From Mobula hypostoma (Eukaryota): DNA of 64,000 bases. The stretch spans positions 101,434,001 to 101,498,000 of the forward strand of contig NC_086107.1 in the NCBI RefSeq assembly GCF_963921235.1. Direction: 5' to 3'. How positions within the stretch are numbered: the stretch's first letter is position 1; each line of letters starts with the position of its first letter. The notes under the pieces are model-generated. The model was not told where the DNA came from. It ran no database searches and saw nothing but the letters and a program-made list of their open reading frames with translations. The position numbers and the translations under genes are program-made. Below, piece by piece: positions 1 through 12,123 of the stretch.

Positions 1-29
1 AGACAATAGCTTTAAATTTCAATGAGTTA

Positions 30-470
30 ACATATGAGATGACTTGTCCTGGCCCTAGCTCTAGATACAATCACAAGGAAAGCACGTAAGTATCTTTCTT
101 AGGAGGTTCAGCTTGTCACTGAATTCTCCAACAAAGATGCTGTAAAAATCATCCTGGATGGTTTACATCATGAAATGTTACAGCATCTCGAATGCACAGG
201 AATGTGAGAAGCTGCACAGGGTATTGTGCTCTGCCCGGTGCATCACAGGCACATCCCTCCCCACCATCGGTAATATCTACGCGAGGTGCTTCCTTAAGAT
301 GGCAACATTTATCATCAAAGCTCCCCACCATTCAGGCCGTGCCATCTTTTCCCAGCTCCATCGAGCAGGAGAATCAGAATTAGGTTTAATATCCAGCATA
401 TGTTGTGAAATTTGTTAACTTTGCGGCAGCAGTACAATGAAATACATGATAAATATAGGAAAGAACCTGA

Positions 471-515
<45 letters not shown>

Positions 516-975
516 ATTAAATTGTTAAATTAAAATAAAACTGAAACTTAAAAGAAGTCGTGAGGTAGTGTTCATGGGTTCAATATCCATTTAGAAATCG
601 GATGGCAGAGGGGAAGAAGCTGTTCCTGAATCGCTGAGTGTGTGCCTTCAGGCTCCTGTACCTCCTCCCTGATGGTAACAGTGTGAAGAGGACATGGCGT
701 AGGTGATGGGGGCCCTTAATAATGGACGCTGCCTTTCTGAGACATCGCTCCTTGAAGATGTCCTGGATACTACGGAGGCCAATGCCCATGATGGTGATAA
801 CTAAGTTTACAACTCTCTGCAGCTTACTTCAATCCTGTGCAGTGAACCCCCCCCCCCCGCAATACCAGACGGTGATGCAGCCTGTCAGGGGGTGCAGAAG
901 CCTGAAGCCCCACACCAACAAGTTCAAGAACAGCTGCATTCCTTCAACCATTTGCTTTCTGAACCAACTGGAAAA
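30..975. mobile_element. Cluster of Rex1/Babar-like 3' fragments in both orientations
   Basis: ORF 158-418 (+) and ORF 580-789 (-) both carry the RCL.KA..IIK.PHH..H.LF.LLPSGRRYRSL motif. Confidence 0.8.
472..514. repeat. (TG)n microsatellite
   Basis: Direct observation. Confidence 0.95.
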
Positions 976-2519
976 ATCCTAATGACTGCAGTTTAGATTA
1001 CTTTCCACTAAAATTGACCTATTTTGTTCTAATGTTGTGCTTTCCTGTAAGAATTGTGTATAATTTATCTTTAATTTGTGTCTTTCTTCTGAATCCTCTT
1101 TCTGGTGCTCTTAGCCTGCATCAGTGTCACAGCCACAGAGGTTCAAACAACACACAGAGAGAAGTAATATGACACATTTAAGTTATATAAGACTGTGAAA
1201 AAAACAAGAAATGAGTGGGAAGGCACACAATCAGAGATGCCGAGCATGAAATTGGACCCAGTGGCCTGTTTCTGTGTCATTCAGTTTAAAGAAGAGCAAT
1301 CATTTGGGAGATGTCAGGGCTCCTCCCACGCACTTTTTAAAAAAATCACGGTGGCCCGTGTTGAGGTAGAGGTTTTGGCGGAGGTGGAGCCAGGTGGCAA
1401 AAGGTTACTGGGGGTAGACAGAAATTCATTGAAGCTACAATTAAATTATCCACAACCTTACTGAATTATGAAGAACATTCCTAGCTTATTCATTTCAATG
1501 GCCCCTGGGTATTTTTAAGTTTGATTTTCGTTTGATGGCTTGAGAATTTTTACTTGAGAGCGTTGGAGAATGAAAATTTTAGACTTCTAAGGTTTTAAGG
1601 TTATTTCAACGTGTTTCATGATTCAGTAGCGTTCATGGAATTTCAATGCGTTGACAGTCCCGTTGAACTCAAAGATAATGGCTTAAGAGACGGTCGGAAT
1701 TGTTTTATTTTACACACCAAACATATTCTCTCATGCTGATGAAATGCCTCCCAGGAACGCTCCAACATGGGTTTGAAGTTATTTTGGAAACTTGGATAAG
1801 GTGCCTTCGGGGGCATTCAAGGGCAAAAGCAGCTTTGAAGTAGTTCAGTCTGGGACCTTTGTAGTTAATCTGCACGGCCCCATAGCTCGGATGGGTGTGG
1901 GAGTGGAGAGAGACTGAATCTCCATCAAACCAGTTAAATAAGCCCTGGTATGTATTATGCACAGGACGAAAAGCTGAACATTTAGCGCAGGGATGGGGAG
2001 AAAAGTCTTTAATCAGTGGCTTAGCGATTCTCTATCATGGAGAACTGTGAACAAGAGCATTGGAAACAAGCATTTCAATTGACTAATCCACCCCCTGAGC
2101 CCCTTCTACCAGTTAGTAAAATGACAGCTGGTTGGTTGCCTGCCTCTACTCTACTTCCTGCCTAAACCCATGACTCCACATTCCTGAAAAAAATTACATT
2201 TTCCAGCTTTAACTGAATCAGATTTCATAGCTGTGTGCAGAAGGGGTTCCCAGGGTGATGCCTTGATTGGAGAGTTCTAGCTATATTGAGAGGTTGAACA
2301 AACTTGGATGGTTTTCTCTGGAGTGTCAGGGGTTGAGAGGTGACCTGATAGGAGTTTACGTGATTATAATGATTTTTTTCCCCCCAGGGTGGAACTATCA
2401 CATACTAGAGGACATGGGTTTAAGGTGAGCACTGGAATATTGAAAGGAGAGTTGCAAGACACGTTATTTTTACAGAGAGTGTTGGGCGCCTGGAGCACGC
2501 TACCAGGAGAGGTCATTCA

Positions 2520-2895
2520 ATCATTCATTATGTGCCGCGTCGTGTGACGTGTGCGATCATGAGCTTCACTGTGATTGTTCTTGGCAAGTTTTTCTACAGA
2601 ACTGGTTTGCCATTGCCTTTTTCTGGGCAGGGTCTTTACAAGACGGATGACCCCAGCCATTATCAATACTCTTCTGAGATTGTCTGCCTGGCGTCAGTGG
2701 TTGCAAAACCAGGACTTGTGATGTGCAGCAGCTGCTCATACGACCATCCACCCCCTGCTCCCATGGGTCCCCGATCAGAGTGGGGTGTGGGGGCTGAGCA
2801 AGAGCTACACCTTGCCCAAGGGTGACGCAGGGTAGTGGAGAGAAGAAATGCCTTACTCCTCCTTTGGTAGAGAAGTACCTCCTTCCCAGCACCCT
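2520..2895 (-). mobile_element. RTE-related short non-autonomous element (second copy at about 49630-49995)
   Basis: Two homologous copies. The minus strand has a BovB-like AAGGCAATGGCAAACCA motif and a 3' end ...ggcaca(taa)tga.. resembling the RTE tail. Confidence 0.6.
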
Positions 2896-3138
2896 AATCC
2901 TAGTAGACAGACAAAATAAAAGCCTCTGCTAAGTGGCTCCTAATTTCCCTCCACAAAGCGACGCCCCCACACGTCCTGTAACTGCCCCCTAAACAGCTGT
3001 GACTCCGCTACCATATCAGGATGTTGGAGCTTCGCATCTTTTAATATCTGAGCTGCTACTATGAACCACACTGAAAAATAAAGTCAATTATCATCAATTT
3101 TCGACGATCACATGTCAAATTGAGCAGGTTTGCTAGAG

Positions 3139-3696
3139 CAGGGGCCCCCAACCTTTTTTGCACCGCGGACCAGTTTAATATTGACAATATTCTTGCAGAC
3201 CGGCCGACGGGGGGGGGGGAGGGGGGAGGTGTTCAAGTCGGGTCGCCAACTTTCTCACTCCCAAATAAGGGACAAAAGTAGCAGTCAAATACGGGACGCT
3301 CGTGTTTACCCCGAGAAAGACTACCACGACCATGAAGCCTTGCGCGGGCACCTGTACGCACCGATTTTTTTTCTACAAATCGGTTTTGGCTTAATCTTCC
3401 CGATTCTGTTAAGTGAAACTACACTGTACATACATTATTTCTACTTTATATAGGCTGTGTATTTATCATATCATTCCTGCTTTTACTATATGTTAGTATT
3501 ATTTTACGTTTTATGTGTTATTTGGTATGATTTGGTAGGTTATTTCAAGTTCAACAGTGGGTGTGACAGGGAATGAGGAAAGGTGCAGCTGACTCATATC
3601 GTCTCATATCGCCAAATCATATCGTTTCCTCGCGGCCCGGTAGCATATGCTTTGCGGCCTGGTACCGGTCCGCGGCCCGGTGGTTGGGGACCACTG
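3139..3696. mobile_element. hAT (Charlie-like) non-autonomous element
   Basis: TIRs CAGGGGCCCCCAACC / GGTTGGGGACCACTG. Perfect 8-bp TSD TGCTAGAG at 3131-3138 and 3697-3704. Confidence 0.88.
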
Positions 3697-3869
3697 TGCT
3701 AGAGCAAGTGAAGAAACTGGACATTGTCAAAGTAGAGAGCACAAATATAAAGCAGAAAGGAGATGGTGCTGAACGTGGGCTTCGTGGCATGGTGCCTTGG
3801 TGAACAATACACACCGGGACAGTAGCCTCACTCCCCTCTCAGTGGGTCAGCACACTCACACTTCTCTGT

Positions 3870-5125
3870 TCCATTCACTGGTGGTGATGAGTCAGCATAT
3901 AGAAGAGAGATTGAAAATCTGTCTGAGTGGTGTTGTCACAACAGCCTCCCACTCAATGTCAGCAAGACCAAGGAGCTGATTATAGACCAGGAGAGGGAAA
4001 CCAGAGGACCATGAGCCAGTCCTCATCAGAGGGTCAGTAACTTTCAATTCCTCCCTGTTATTATTTCAGAGAACCTGTCCTGGGACCGGCACGTAAGTGC
4101 AATTATGAAGAAAGCATGGCAGCACCTCCACTTCCTTGGGAGTTTGCAGAGATTTGCCATGACAGCTAAAATGCTGACAGACGTCTGTAGATGTGTAGTA
4201 GAGAGAATATTGACCGGCTGCATCACAGCCTGGTATGGAAACACCAATGCCCTTGAATGGAAAATCCTACAAAAAGTAGTGGATACAGCCCAGTCCATCA
4301 CGGGTAAAGCCCCCCCACCATGAGCACATCTACATGGAATGCTGTCGCAGGAACGCAGCATCCATCATCAGGGACCCCCATCACCCAGGACATGCTCTTT
4401 TCACACTGCTGCCATCAGGAAGGAGGCACAGGAGTCTCGGGACTCACACCACCAGGCTCAGGAGCGGTTATTACCCCCTCAACCATCAGGCTCTTGAACT
4501 AAAGCGGATAACTTCAATTGCCCCATCACTGAAATATTCCCAAAACCAACAGACTCACTTTCAAAGACTCTTCATCTCATGTTCTCGATATCTATTGCTT
4601 ATTGATTTATTTACTATTATTTCTTCCTTTAGTATTTGCACAGTTTGTTGGACAGTATGTTGATTCTGTTATGGTTATTATTCGATACCTCTTTTTCCAT
4701 TATTAGGGGTTGAGAGAGCCTGTAGTATGTCGAGTTACTGGGTGAACGAGTAGTCTTTGGAGTACTGCAAGTCTGTGTCTTTATTGATGCTTTGCTGCAC
4801 ACTTGAGTGCTCGGTGGGGGGGGTTGATACCGGTGGGGAGGGGGGTCATCGCTTTGCTGCTGCTTACTTGTTGCGGGGGGGAGCTGGGGGGGTGCTTTGG
4901 GGTTCTAATATTTAACTGCCATTCATTCTTTGGGGCACTCCTCTGTTTTTGTGGATGGTTGCGAAGAAAAATAATTTCAGGATGCATATTGTATACGTTT
5001 CCCTGACATCAAATGTACCTTTGAAACCATTGAATTTACTGAGTATGCCCACAAGAAAGTGAATCTCAGGGTTATATACGGTGACATATATGTACTCAGA
5101 TAATAAATTCACTTTGAACTTTGCA
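3870..5125 (+). mobile_element. Rex1/Babar-like LINE 3' fragment with a second repeat in its tail
   Basis: ERILTGCITAWYGN; SIIRDPHHPGHALFTLLPSGRR; tail ...actttgaactttg. Confidence 0.8.
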
Positions 5126-5295
5126 CTTTGGTTTCAAAGAATTCGCCTCAGCATCGGGAGGCAGAGGTTTCCCTGTCTTTGCTACTCAATGTCATCCAGC
5201 ACAAGATCCGGTATGTTTTACTCTCGCTAGTTCAACAGGTCTCTCCTGAGAACTGGGTCCATGAGCAAATGGCATTTGGAAAAGGCTCTGTAGAG

Positions 5296-5375
5296 CAGGG
5301 GTCCCCGACCTGGGGACTATGGACCCCTGGATTAATGGTAAGGCTCATCGGCATAAAAAAGGTTGGGAACCCCTG
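5296..5375. mobile_element. 80-bp hAT-Charlie MITE (related copies at about 13175-13258 and 58033-58112)
   Basis: TIRs CAGGGGTCCCCGACC / GGTTGGGAACCCCTG. 8-bp TSD CTGTAGAG at 5288-5295 and 5376-5383. Confidence 0.85.
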
Positions 5376-5394
5376 CTGTAGAGGGGCAGGGCAG

Positions 5395-5837
5395 CCTGGG
5401 ACAGCCTGCAAACTAATGTGCTCCATGTCAGCCTCCCAGCCTCCATCCAAACCCTCCCTTGACCTGCACCATACCAGCCACCAGCTGCCCCATTTAGCAA
5501 CACCCTCCAATATCTCACTACTCCCTGGCTCTAACCTCCTGCAGCCCGTTATACAACCCACCAGGATCTCTGCAATTCACCACAGGCGTCAAGAGGAGAG
5601 CACCTCACTTGGAAACTATAATTTCCTTCACTCTTAGGCCGTGTCTTCAGCAGCCTTGGCCTCAAGGGATTCAAATGTGCCAATGAAACCTTGAACAGTT
5701 GATCTGACACAGACGCAAAGCACATTGTAGTAAAGTTCCTCGGCTGGGTCAGGGAAGTGGAAAGGACAGGCCTCCTGATCTGGTTCACCAGCCAGCAAAA
5801 ATGAAGTTGAGAATGGATTTGAAAGTGACACGGTAGT
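5395..5837 (+). repeat. 443-bp inverted duplication, copy A
   Basis: Reverse complement of 15714-16156, roughly 20 substitutions and no indels by hand alignment. Confidence 0.95.
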
Positions 5838-6234
5838 TTGGTGCGACTCAGGCTGTTTCAGAAGAATGACTAGTTGCTGAAGAAGCACACAATCTTTCGG
5901 GGGGAAGGGGCCTGCTCTAGTTTCACTTCATTCAGGCTGTTTATGAAACCTGCACTCTAGAAATTCCACAATGTGGCCCAACGATATTGGGAGATCCGGA
6001 ATTAAAAAAGAACCGATGCTGGAGTTTCATAATGTGGAAGGATGCAGTGCAAACACCGGGTATTGTTCCAGAGCCCTGTGCCCATGATGCATACTCCGTG
6101 GAGCATGCTGGCTCCGTGGCAGGAAGTTAACTGGTGCGTCATACTCCTGATTTTGGGTTAAACTGTATTGTGCAGGTGCAACCGTGGACAGCTGATTCAT
6201 ATCTAGCCAAAGCCAGCCTAATCCAGAACTGAGG

Positions 6235-6390
6235 GCAACACGGTTTGGTGGTGGTTAGTGTGATGTTACTGCAGTGCCAGTGACCCTGGTTTCAATTCTG
6301 CTGTCTGTAAGGAGTTTGTACGTTCTCCCCGTGACCATGTGGGTTTCCTCTGGGTGCTACAGTTTCCTTCCACAGTCCAAAGGAAAGGGC
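6235..6390 (+). mobile_element. V-SINE/HE1-like tRNA SINE fragment (others at about 24580-24830, 36420-36615 and 57390-57545 on -)
   Basis: ggagtttgtacgttctccccgtgaccatgtgggtttcctctgggtgct..agtttcct.ccacagtccaaag resembles the V-domain. Confidence 0.7.
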
Positions 6391-6419
6391 TATGCATTCT
6401 CTGACATCAGACTGAACCA

Positions 6420-7600
6420 TTGAACCATGAATTCGCCGATGACAGCACCGCTGGGAGAATTTCAAAAGGCAATGAGAAGACATACAGGAGTGAGATACGT
6501 ATATCGGCTGGTTGGGTTGAGCAACAATAACTTCACACTCAACTTCAGCGAGACCAAGGAAATGATTGTGGACTTAAGGAAGAGGAAAGCTGGGGAACAC
6601 ACTCCAGTCTCCAATGATGGGCCAACAGTGGACAGGGCGAGCAACTCGAAAATCCTGGGCATCAGTCATGAATGTCATCCCGAAGAAGGCACACCAGTGG
6701 CTCTGCCATATTAGGAGTCTGAAGAGGTTTGCTGTGTCACCAAAGAGTTTTGCAGATTTCTACAGACGTAGGGTGGAGAGCATCCTGACTGGTTCCACCA
6801 CAGTTTGATACGGAGCCTCCAATGCAGAGGCTACAGAGGGTTAGTCACTCCCCACCGTTGAGGATATCTTCAGGAGATGGTGCCCCAAGAAGATGGCATC
6901 CGTTATTAAGGATTCTGACCATCTGGGACATGCCCCCTTCTCTTTACTGTCACAACCACAGATCCGGCAGCGCGGCAGATACGGCAATTGCACTCATGAA
7001 TATGCACGTGTCAGTTAATTTTTATCTCATTGTGATAGTATTTAACTCCATTCATTCCATCATAGTATTTGTCGAGACTTGGACACGGCTACGCTTTGTT
7101 ATCTACATTGCGCCTTGCCTGAGAAATTGGACTGTCGAGTCAACTGACTCTGAAGACTAGCGATATTCATTTTATTCTTAGTTGTCTTTTCAGCCGCAGT
7201 GTAGTCTTCGTTTTCCGTTCGAGAGTTCTAGTCAACAGCCCTGTTTTGGCCCAGCATTTATTGTTTTCTTTTCTCTTTAACATTGTTCATATTAAAGTCT
7301 GTGAACTATCGACCAGCCTCGGTGCCTCTCACTCTGCCCTTGGGCCATATCCGAACCTAGTGACATCCACTCCCATCAGTAAGGAAGTACAAGAGCCTGA
7401 AGATCCACACTCAGGGATTCAGAAGCAGCTTCTTCCCCTCCACCGTCGGGTTCTGAACCGCACATGAATCTGCGAACACTACCTCACTATTTGCTTTTTC
7501 ACACCATGTATTTTTGAAACTTTTAGCAATTTTTATGTATTGTGCTGCTGCAAAGCAACAGGTTTTATGACGAGGATCAGCAATAATAAACCAGATTCCG
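6420..7600 (+). mobile_element. Rex1/Babar-like fragment interrupted by the putative solo LTR
   Basis: LNFSETKEMIVDLRK and FYRRRVESILTG. The sequence continues after 7365. Confidence 0.75.
6948..7365 (+). mobile_element. Putative solo LTR
   Basis: Ends TGTCAC...GTGACA, interrupts a Rex element, contains TATTTAA and ATTAAA, and is relatively CpG-rich. The TSD is imperfect (TTTAC/TCCAC). Confidence 0.55.
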
Positions 7601-7680
7601 ATCCCAATGTGTAGGATCTCAGAGGTCTGCAAAGGTTCATAGGCTGATCTGAATGGTCTATGAAACCACAAACACTAACT

Positions 7681-8231
7681 GTCAGTCCACAGCCTCCTCT
7701 ATTGTCACGATGGGGCCACACTCAGGTTGGAGGAACAACACCTTATATTCTGTCTGGGTAGCCTCCAATCTGATGGCATGAGCATCAATTTCTTGAATTT
7801 CCAGTAACTGCCCTTCCTTCTCTATTCCCCATTCCCATTTCCCTCTCTCACCTTATGTCCTTACCTGCCCATCACTTCCCTCTGGTGCTCCTTCCCCTCT
7901 TCTTTCTTCCATGGCCTTCTATCCTCTCCTATTAGATTCCCCCTTCTCCAGCCCTGGATCTCTTCCACCTATCAACTTCCCAGCTCTTTACTTCCCCCTT
8001 CCCCCTCCCGTTCCACCTATCACCTGCCACCTTCCTCCTCTCTCTACCCCCCCGCACCTTCATACTCTGACTTCTCCCCTTCTTTTCCAGTCCTGCTGAA
8101 GGGTCTCGGCCCAAAACATCGACTATTTATTCTTTTCCATGGATGCTGCCTGGCCTGCTGAGCTCCTCCAGCATTCTGTGCATGTTGCGTGGATTTCCAG
8201 CATCTGCAGACTTTCTCCTGTTTGTGATTTG
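7681..8231 (+). mobile_element. Penelope-like element 3' fragment
   Basis: LLYCHDGATLRLEEQHLIFCLGSLQ, then a pyrimidine-rich tract and the hammerhead module. 10-bp TSD AACACTAACT at 7671-7680 and 8232-8241. Confidence 0.85.
8089..8124 (+). ncRNA. Degenerate hammerhead motif
   Basis: AGUC-CUGCUGA-A-GGG-UCUCGG-CCC-AAAA-CA-UC-GACU. Stems kept, core mutated. Confidence 0.45.
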
Positions 8232-8529
8232 AACACTAACTCATTACTCTTTTCATTGCACTATAGATTTAATTTGTAATTTATAGTAACCTTATGACTT
8301 TGCAATGCACTGCTACCGCAGAACAGTAAATTTCATGTCACCTAAGACAGTGATAATAAACTTGATTCCGAATCTAACCTCTGGCCGTGAATCCCCCATG
8401 TGGTAGCACTGTCCCAGCATCCTCTTTGTCAAGCCCCATCAACACTTTATTCAATGCGACCACTTCTCCTTTTAAATTGCGGAGGGTATCAGCCCATCCT
8501 GCTGAACTGCTCTGCACAGGGCACCTCTT

Positions 8530-8960
8530 CCTTCACAGGAATCAGTCTGATGAAACTAGAAAGGCTGGCTCTGTCTCAGGAGTCAAACTGGACACACTGG
8601 AGGCTGTGGTAGAACAAAGGATCCTCTGGAAAATCCTGCAAATTCTGGACGATGTTTCTCACCCTCTGTATGCCACCTTGTCTGAACAGAGGAGCAATTT
8701 CAGTGACAGACTAAGACAACTGCACTGCTCCAAAGAGCGCTATGAGGTCTTTCTTACCCTCGGCCATTAAGCTCTATAATGAGTCAACTATAGCCATGGA
8801 AATGATTACACCCCCCCCGCTTGTAAGACTGTCTGAGGTAACTTATTTTTTATTCTTTCTTACTTCTCTTCTAATATTTGTATATCTGTGCACTTGTAAT
8901 GCTACTGTGACACTGTAATTTCATTTGGGATCAATAAGGTATCTATCTATCTATCTTCCC
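8530..8960 (+). mobile_element. Rex1/Babar-like LINE 3' end (second subfamily)
   Basis: LDTLEAVVEQR...ILDDVSHPLY...RLRQLHCSKERY; tail gggatcaataag(gt)(ATCT)n. Confidence 0.75.
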
Positions 8961-9009
8961 AGAGCTGCCTAATTTAAGTAAGTCCTTTCTGAATGAGAGA
9001 AAGTTAGCT

Positions 9010-10550
9010 AACGACTTAGCATTCATTTCGAGGGGGCTAGAATATAAAAGCAAGGATGTAACGCTGAGGTTTATAAAACACTGGCGAGCCTCGCATGGAG
9101 TATTGTGAGCAGTTTTGGTCTCCTTACCTAAGAAAGGATGGAGAGGGTTCAAAGGAGGCTGTATCGAAAATGATTCCAGGATTGAAAGTTTATCATACGA
9201 GGAGTGTTTTATGACTATATAGGGACATAGCCTCAAGATTCGGGGGAGTAGATTTAGGACGGAGATGACTGGGAACTGCTTTTCCCAGAGAGTGGTGAAT
9301 CTGTGGAATTCTCTGCCCAATGAAGCAGTGGAGGCTACCTCAGTAAATATATTTATGATTATGAAGACACATAGTCCTATTTTATTGTCATTTAGTAATG
9401 CATGCATTAAGAAATGATACATTATTTCCTCTGGTGTGATATCACAAAACACAGGACAAACCAAGACTGAAAAAACTGACAAAACCACATAATTATAACA
9501 TATAGTTACAAACAGTGTAACAATACCATAACTTGATGAAGAAGTCCATGAGCACAGTAAAGTTCAAAGTTTCTCAAATGTCCCACATCTCACGCAAATG
9601 GGAGAGGGAAGAAAAATTCTCCCTGCCATGCCGACCACAGTCCGACTCTGAGTCATCTGAAAACTTCGAGCTCTGATCAGCTCTCCGACACCGAGTACTG
9701 AGCACCATCTCTATCCGAATGATTCAACCTCCTTCTCGGTCGCCAAAACCAGGCAAGACCAGGGATTTTGAGGCCTACCCTCCAAAAGATTCCCGACCAC
9801 ACAGTAACGACAGCAGCGGACGGGCGTTTCAGAAATTTCTCCAGATGTTCCTTTGTGCTTTCACGTCCATTCTCCATCAAATCAGAATTATCCACGGCCC
9901 CTATTTAACAGATTCAATATCATTTTTCACCGGAGGGCTACACACGCACAGCGCCATCTTCTCCTCCCGCTTTTAAGACAAGGTTGGATAGATTTTTGCA
10001 TAGTAGGGGAATTTAAGGTTATGGGGAAAAGGCAGGTAGGTGGAGATGAGTCCATGGCCAGATCAGCCATGATCTTATTGAATGGCGGAGCGCGTTCGAT
10101 GGGCCAGATGACCGACTCCTGCTCCTATTTCTTATGTTCTCATTGCTCTGGGCCTCTGCTCACTGGAATTCAGAAGAACGAGGAGTGACCTAATTGAGGA
10201 AAGGCCTCGATAGAGTGGATGTGGAGAAGTTGTTTGCTATGGTGGGGAGTCTAGGACCAGAGGACACAGCCTTAGATTTGCGGTCTGTCCTTTTCGAATG
10301 GAGGTGAGGAGGAATTTCTTTCACCAGAGCATGGTGAATCTGTGGAATTCATTGCCAATAGCAGCTGTGGAGGCCAAATCATTGGGGTTATTTAAGGCAG
10401 AGGTTGAAAGATTCTTGATTGGTTGGGCATGAAGGGATACAGGGAGAAGGCAGGAGATTGAGGCTGAGTGGAAAAATGGATCAGTCACAATGAAATGGCG
10501 GAGAAGACTTGATGAGCCAAATAGCCTAATTCTGCTCCTATATCTTATGG
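9010..10550 (+). mobile_element. Two CR1 3' fragments, the first interrupted by the 9357-9972 element
   Basis: CR1 3' motifs (cagagagtggtgaatctgtggaattc, gcagtggaggc, ctgctcctatttcttatg). The sequence resumes at about 9973 after the insert. Confidence 0.75.
9357..9972 (-). mobile_element. Uncharacterised interspersed repeat of about 620 bp (second copy at about 23278-23900)
   Basis: Two clearly homologous full-length copies with matching ends. Minus strand starts GCGGGAGGAGA and ends aatgac.ataaaa..ggact...cataatc. Confidence 0.75.
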
Positions 10551-10829
10551 TGCTATTGATGTATTTGCAGCTGAAGGACAGGTATTTGAATGTCAAACGA
10601 TGTCGGAGGTATGATGAGGTGGGAATGTGAAGCTACAGCAGACCAACAGCCGCAGGACGATATTCCAGCTCCTGAGGTCGGTGGCCGCCTGCATCATCAT
10701 CATCATCATCATCAGGTACCGTGCCCAGTTTGAGCTCTGACTGCCATGGTCCACACACTCCTGTTTCAGGTCAAGTGGATCAATTCATTGTATTCATTTC
10801 CAGTTCTCTGGCTGCTGTCTCCATCATCA

Positions 10830-11627
10830 GAACACTCACAATGTGCTGGAGGAACTCAGCAGGTCAGTCAGCATCAGTTGAAAAGATTAGTCGACGTTTC
10901 GGGCCGAAACCCTTCGTCAGGACTGAAGGAAGAACTTTGGGGAGGGTTTGAAGAATGCTGGTAGTTGAAAAAAACAGTAATTTGAAAGACAAAGGGGTGG
11001 GGGAGAGGAAGCAGGGAGATGATTGGCAGGAGAACAATAGTAGAAGGAGGCAGAACTATGAGGGAGGTGATGTGAAATAGGGATAGAGGAAGGGAGGGGG
11101 AGGGAATTACCGGAAGTTGGAGAATTCTATGTTCATATCAAGGGGCTGGAGACTACCTAGACGGTATATGAGGTGTTGCTCCTCCAACCGGAGTTTAGCC
11201 TCATCATGGCAGTAGAGGAGGCCATGTATGGACATATCTGAATGGGAATGGGAAGCAGAGTTGAAGTGGGTGGCTACCGGGAGATCCTGTCTGTTGTGGC
11301 GGACTGAGTGGAGGTGCTCGACGAAGCGGTCCCCCAATCTGCGTCGGGTTTCACCGATGTAGAGGAGGCCGCACCGGGGGCACCGGATGCAATAGATGAC
11401 CCCAACAGATTCGCAAGTGAAGTGTTACCTCACCTGGAAGGACTGTTTGGGGCCCTGAATGGTGGCAAGAGAGGAGGTGTAGGGACAGGTATAGTACTTA
11501 CACTTACAGGGATAAGTGCCGGGTGGGAGATTCGTGGGGGTGGATGTGCGGATAAGTGAGTCGCGGGGGGATCGATCCCTGCGGAAAGCGGAGAGGGGTG
11601 GAGCGGGAAAGATGTGCTTAGTGGTTA
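10830..11627 (-). mobile_element. 5'-truncated Penelope-like element (GIY-YIG endonuclease C-terminus plus 3' hammerhead module) nested in an RTE
   Basis: Minus strand encodes ...VIYCIRCPRCGLLYIGETRRRLGDRFVEHLHSV...LRLEEQHLIYRLGSLQP (GIY-YIG). 13-bp TSD GTCTCCATCATCA at 10817-10829 and 11628-11640. Confidence 0.9.
10889..10924 (-). ncRNA. Minimal type I hammerhead ribozyme (Penelope-associated), intact
   Basis: Minus strand reads AGUC-CUGACGA-A-GGG-UUUCGG-CCC-GAAA-CG-UC-GACU: helix I AGUC/GACU, complete core, helix II GGG/CCC, loop-less palindromic helix III (ACGU), GUC cleavage triplet. Confidence 0.8.
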
Positions 11628-12123
11628 GTCTCCATCATCATTTGACTTTGTCTTCCTCCTGCTTTCTTCCCTTCAGTCTTTTCCATAATTACCGTGCATT
11701 CTAACTCCTCTTTCCTAATCACATGTCCAATAAAGTTACGTTGCCTTTCCGTGATCTCATACATTATTTCTCTTTCTGTGTTTGCTCTGTTCATGACATC
11801 CTCGTTAGATATTCGTTTCGTCCATGATATTCTTTGCATCCTCCTCAAAAACCACATCTCTGCTGCTACAATTCGTTTTCTCATGTTACTAGATATTGTC
11901 CAACATTCTGAGCCATATAACATAACTGGATAAACGTAACATTTCAGTATTCTGAGACGGATTGTCATGCCTAGTTTAGTATTGGTCAGTATACTCTTCA
12001 TTATCGTAAAGGTGTCTTTTGCCATCCCTATTCTTCTTTTGATGTCCCATGTCGCACCTGCCATCTGATGTCACCCAGCTTCCTGAGTTGCAAAAGTTCT
12101 GTACTTGTTTTATGTCGTCTGCA

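Larger units (their letters stand above)
10694..12116 (-). mobile_element. RTE-clade LINE 3' fragment, split by the Penelope-like insertion at 10830-11627
   Basis: (CAT)n tail at about 10692-10713. ORF 11618-12064 is homologous to the 19058-19870 ORF. Probable short TSD GCCTGCA/GTCTGCA at 10687-10693 and 12117-12123. Confidence 0.9.

Noticed and set aside
1100..2100. Non-repetitive stretch with ORFs 1195-1464 and 1705-1962
   Set aside because: No recognisable protein motif or RNA gene. It could be regulatory, but the sequence alone does not support a call.
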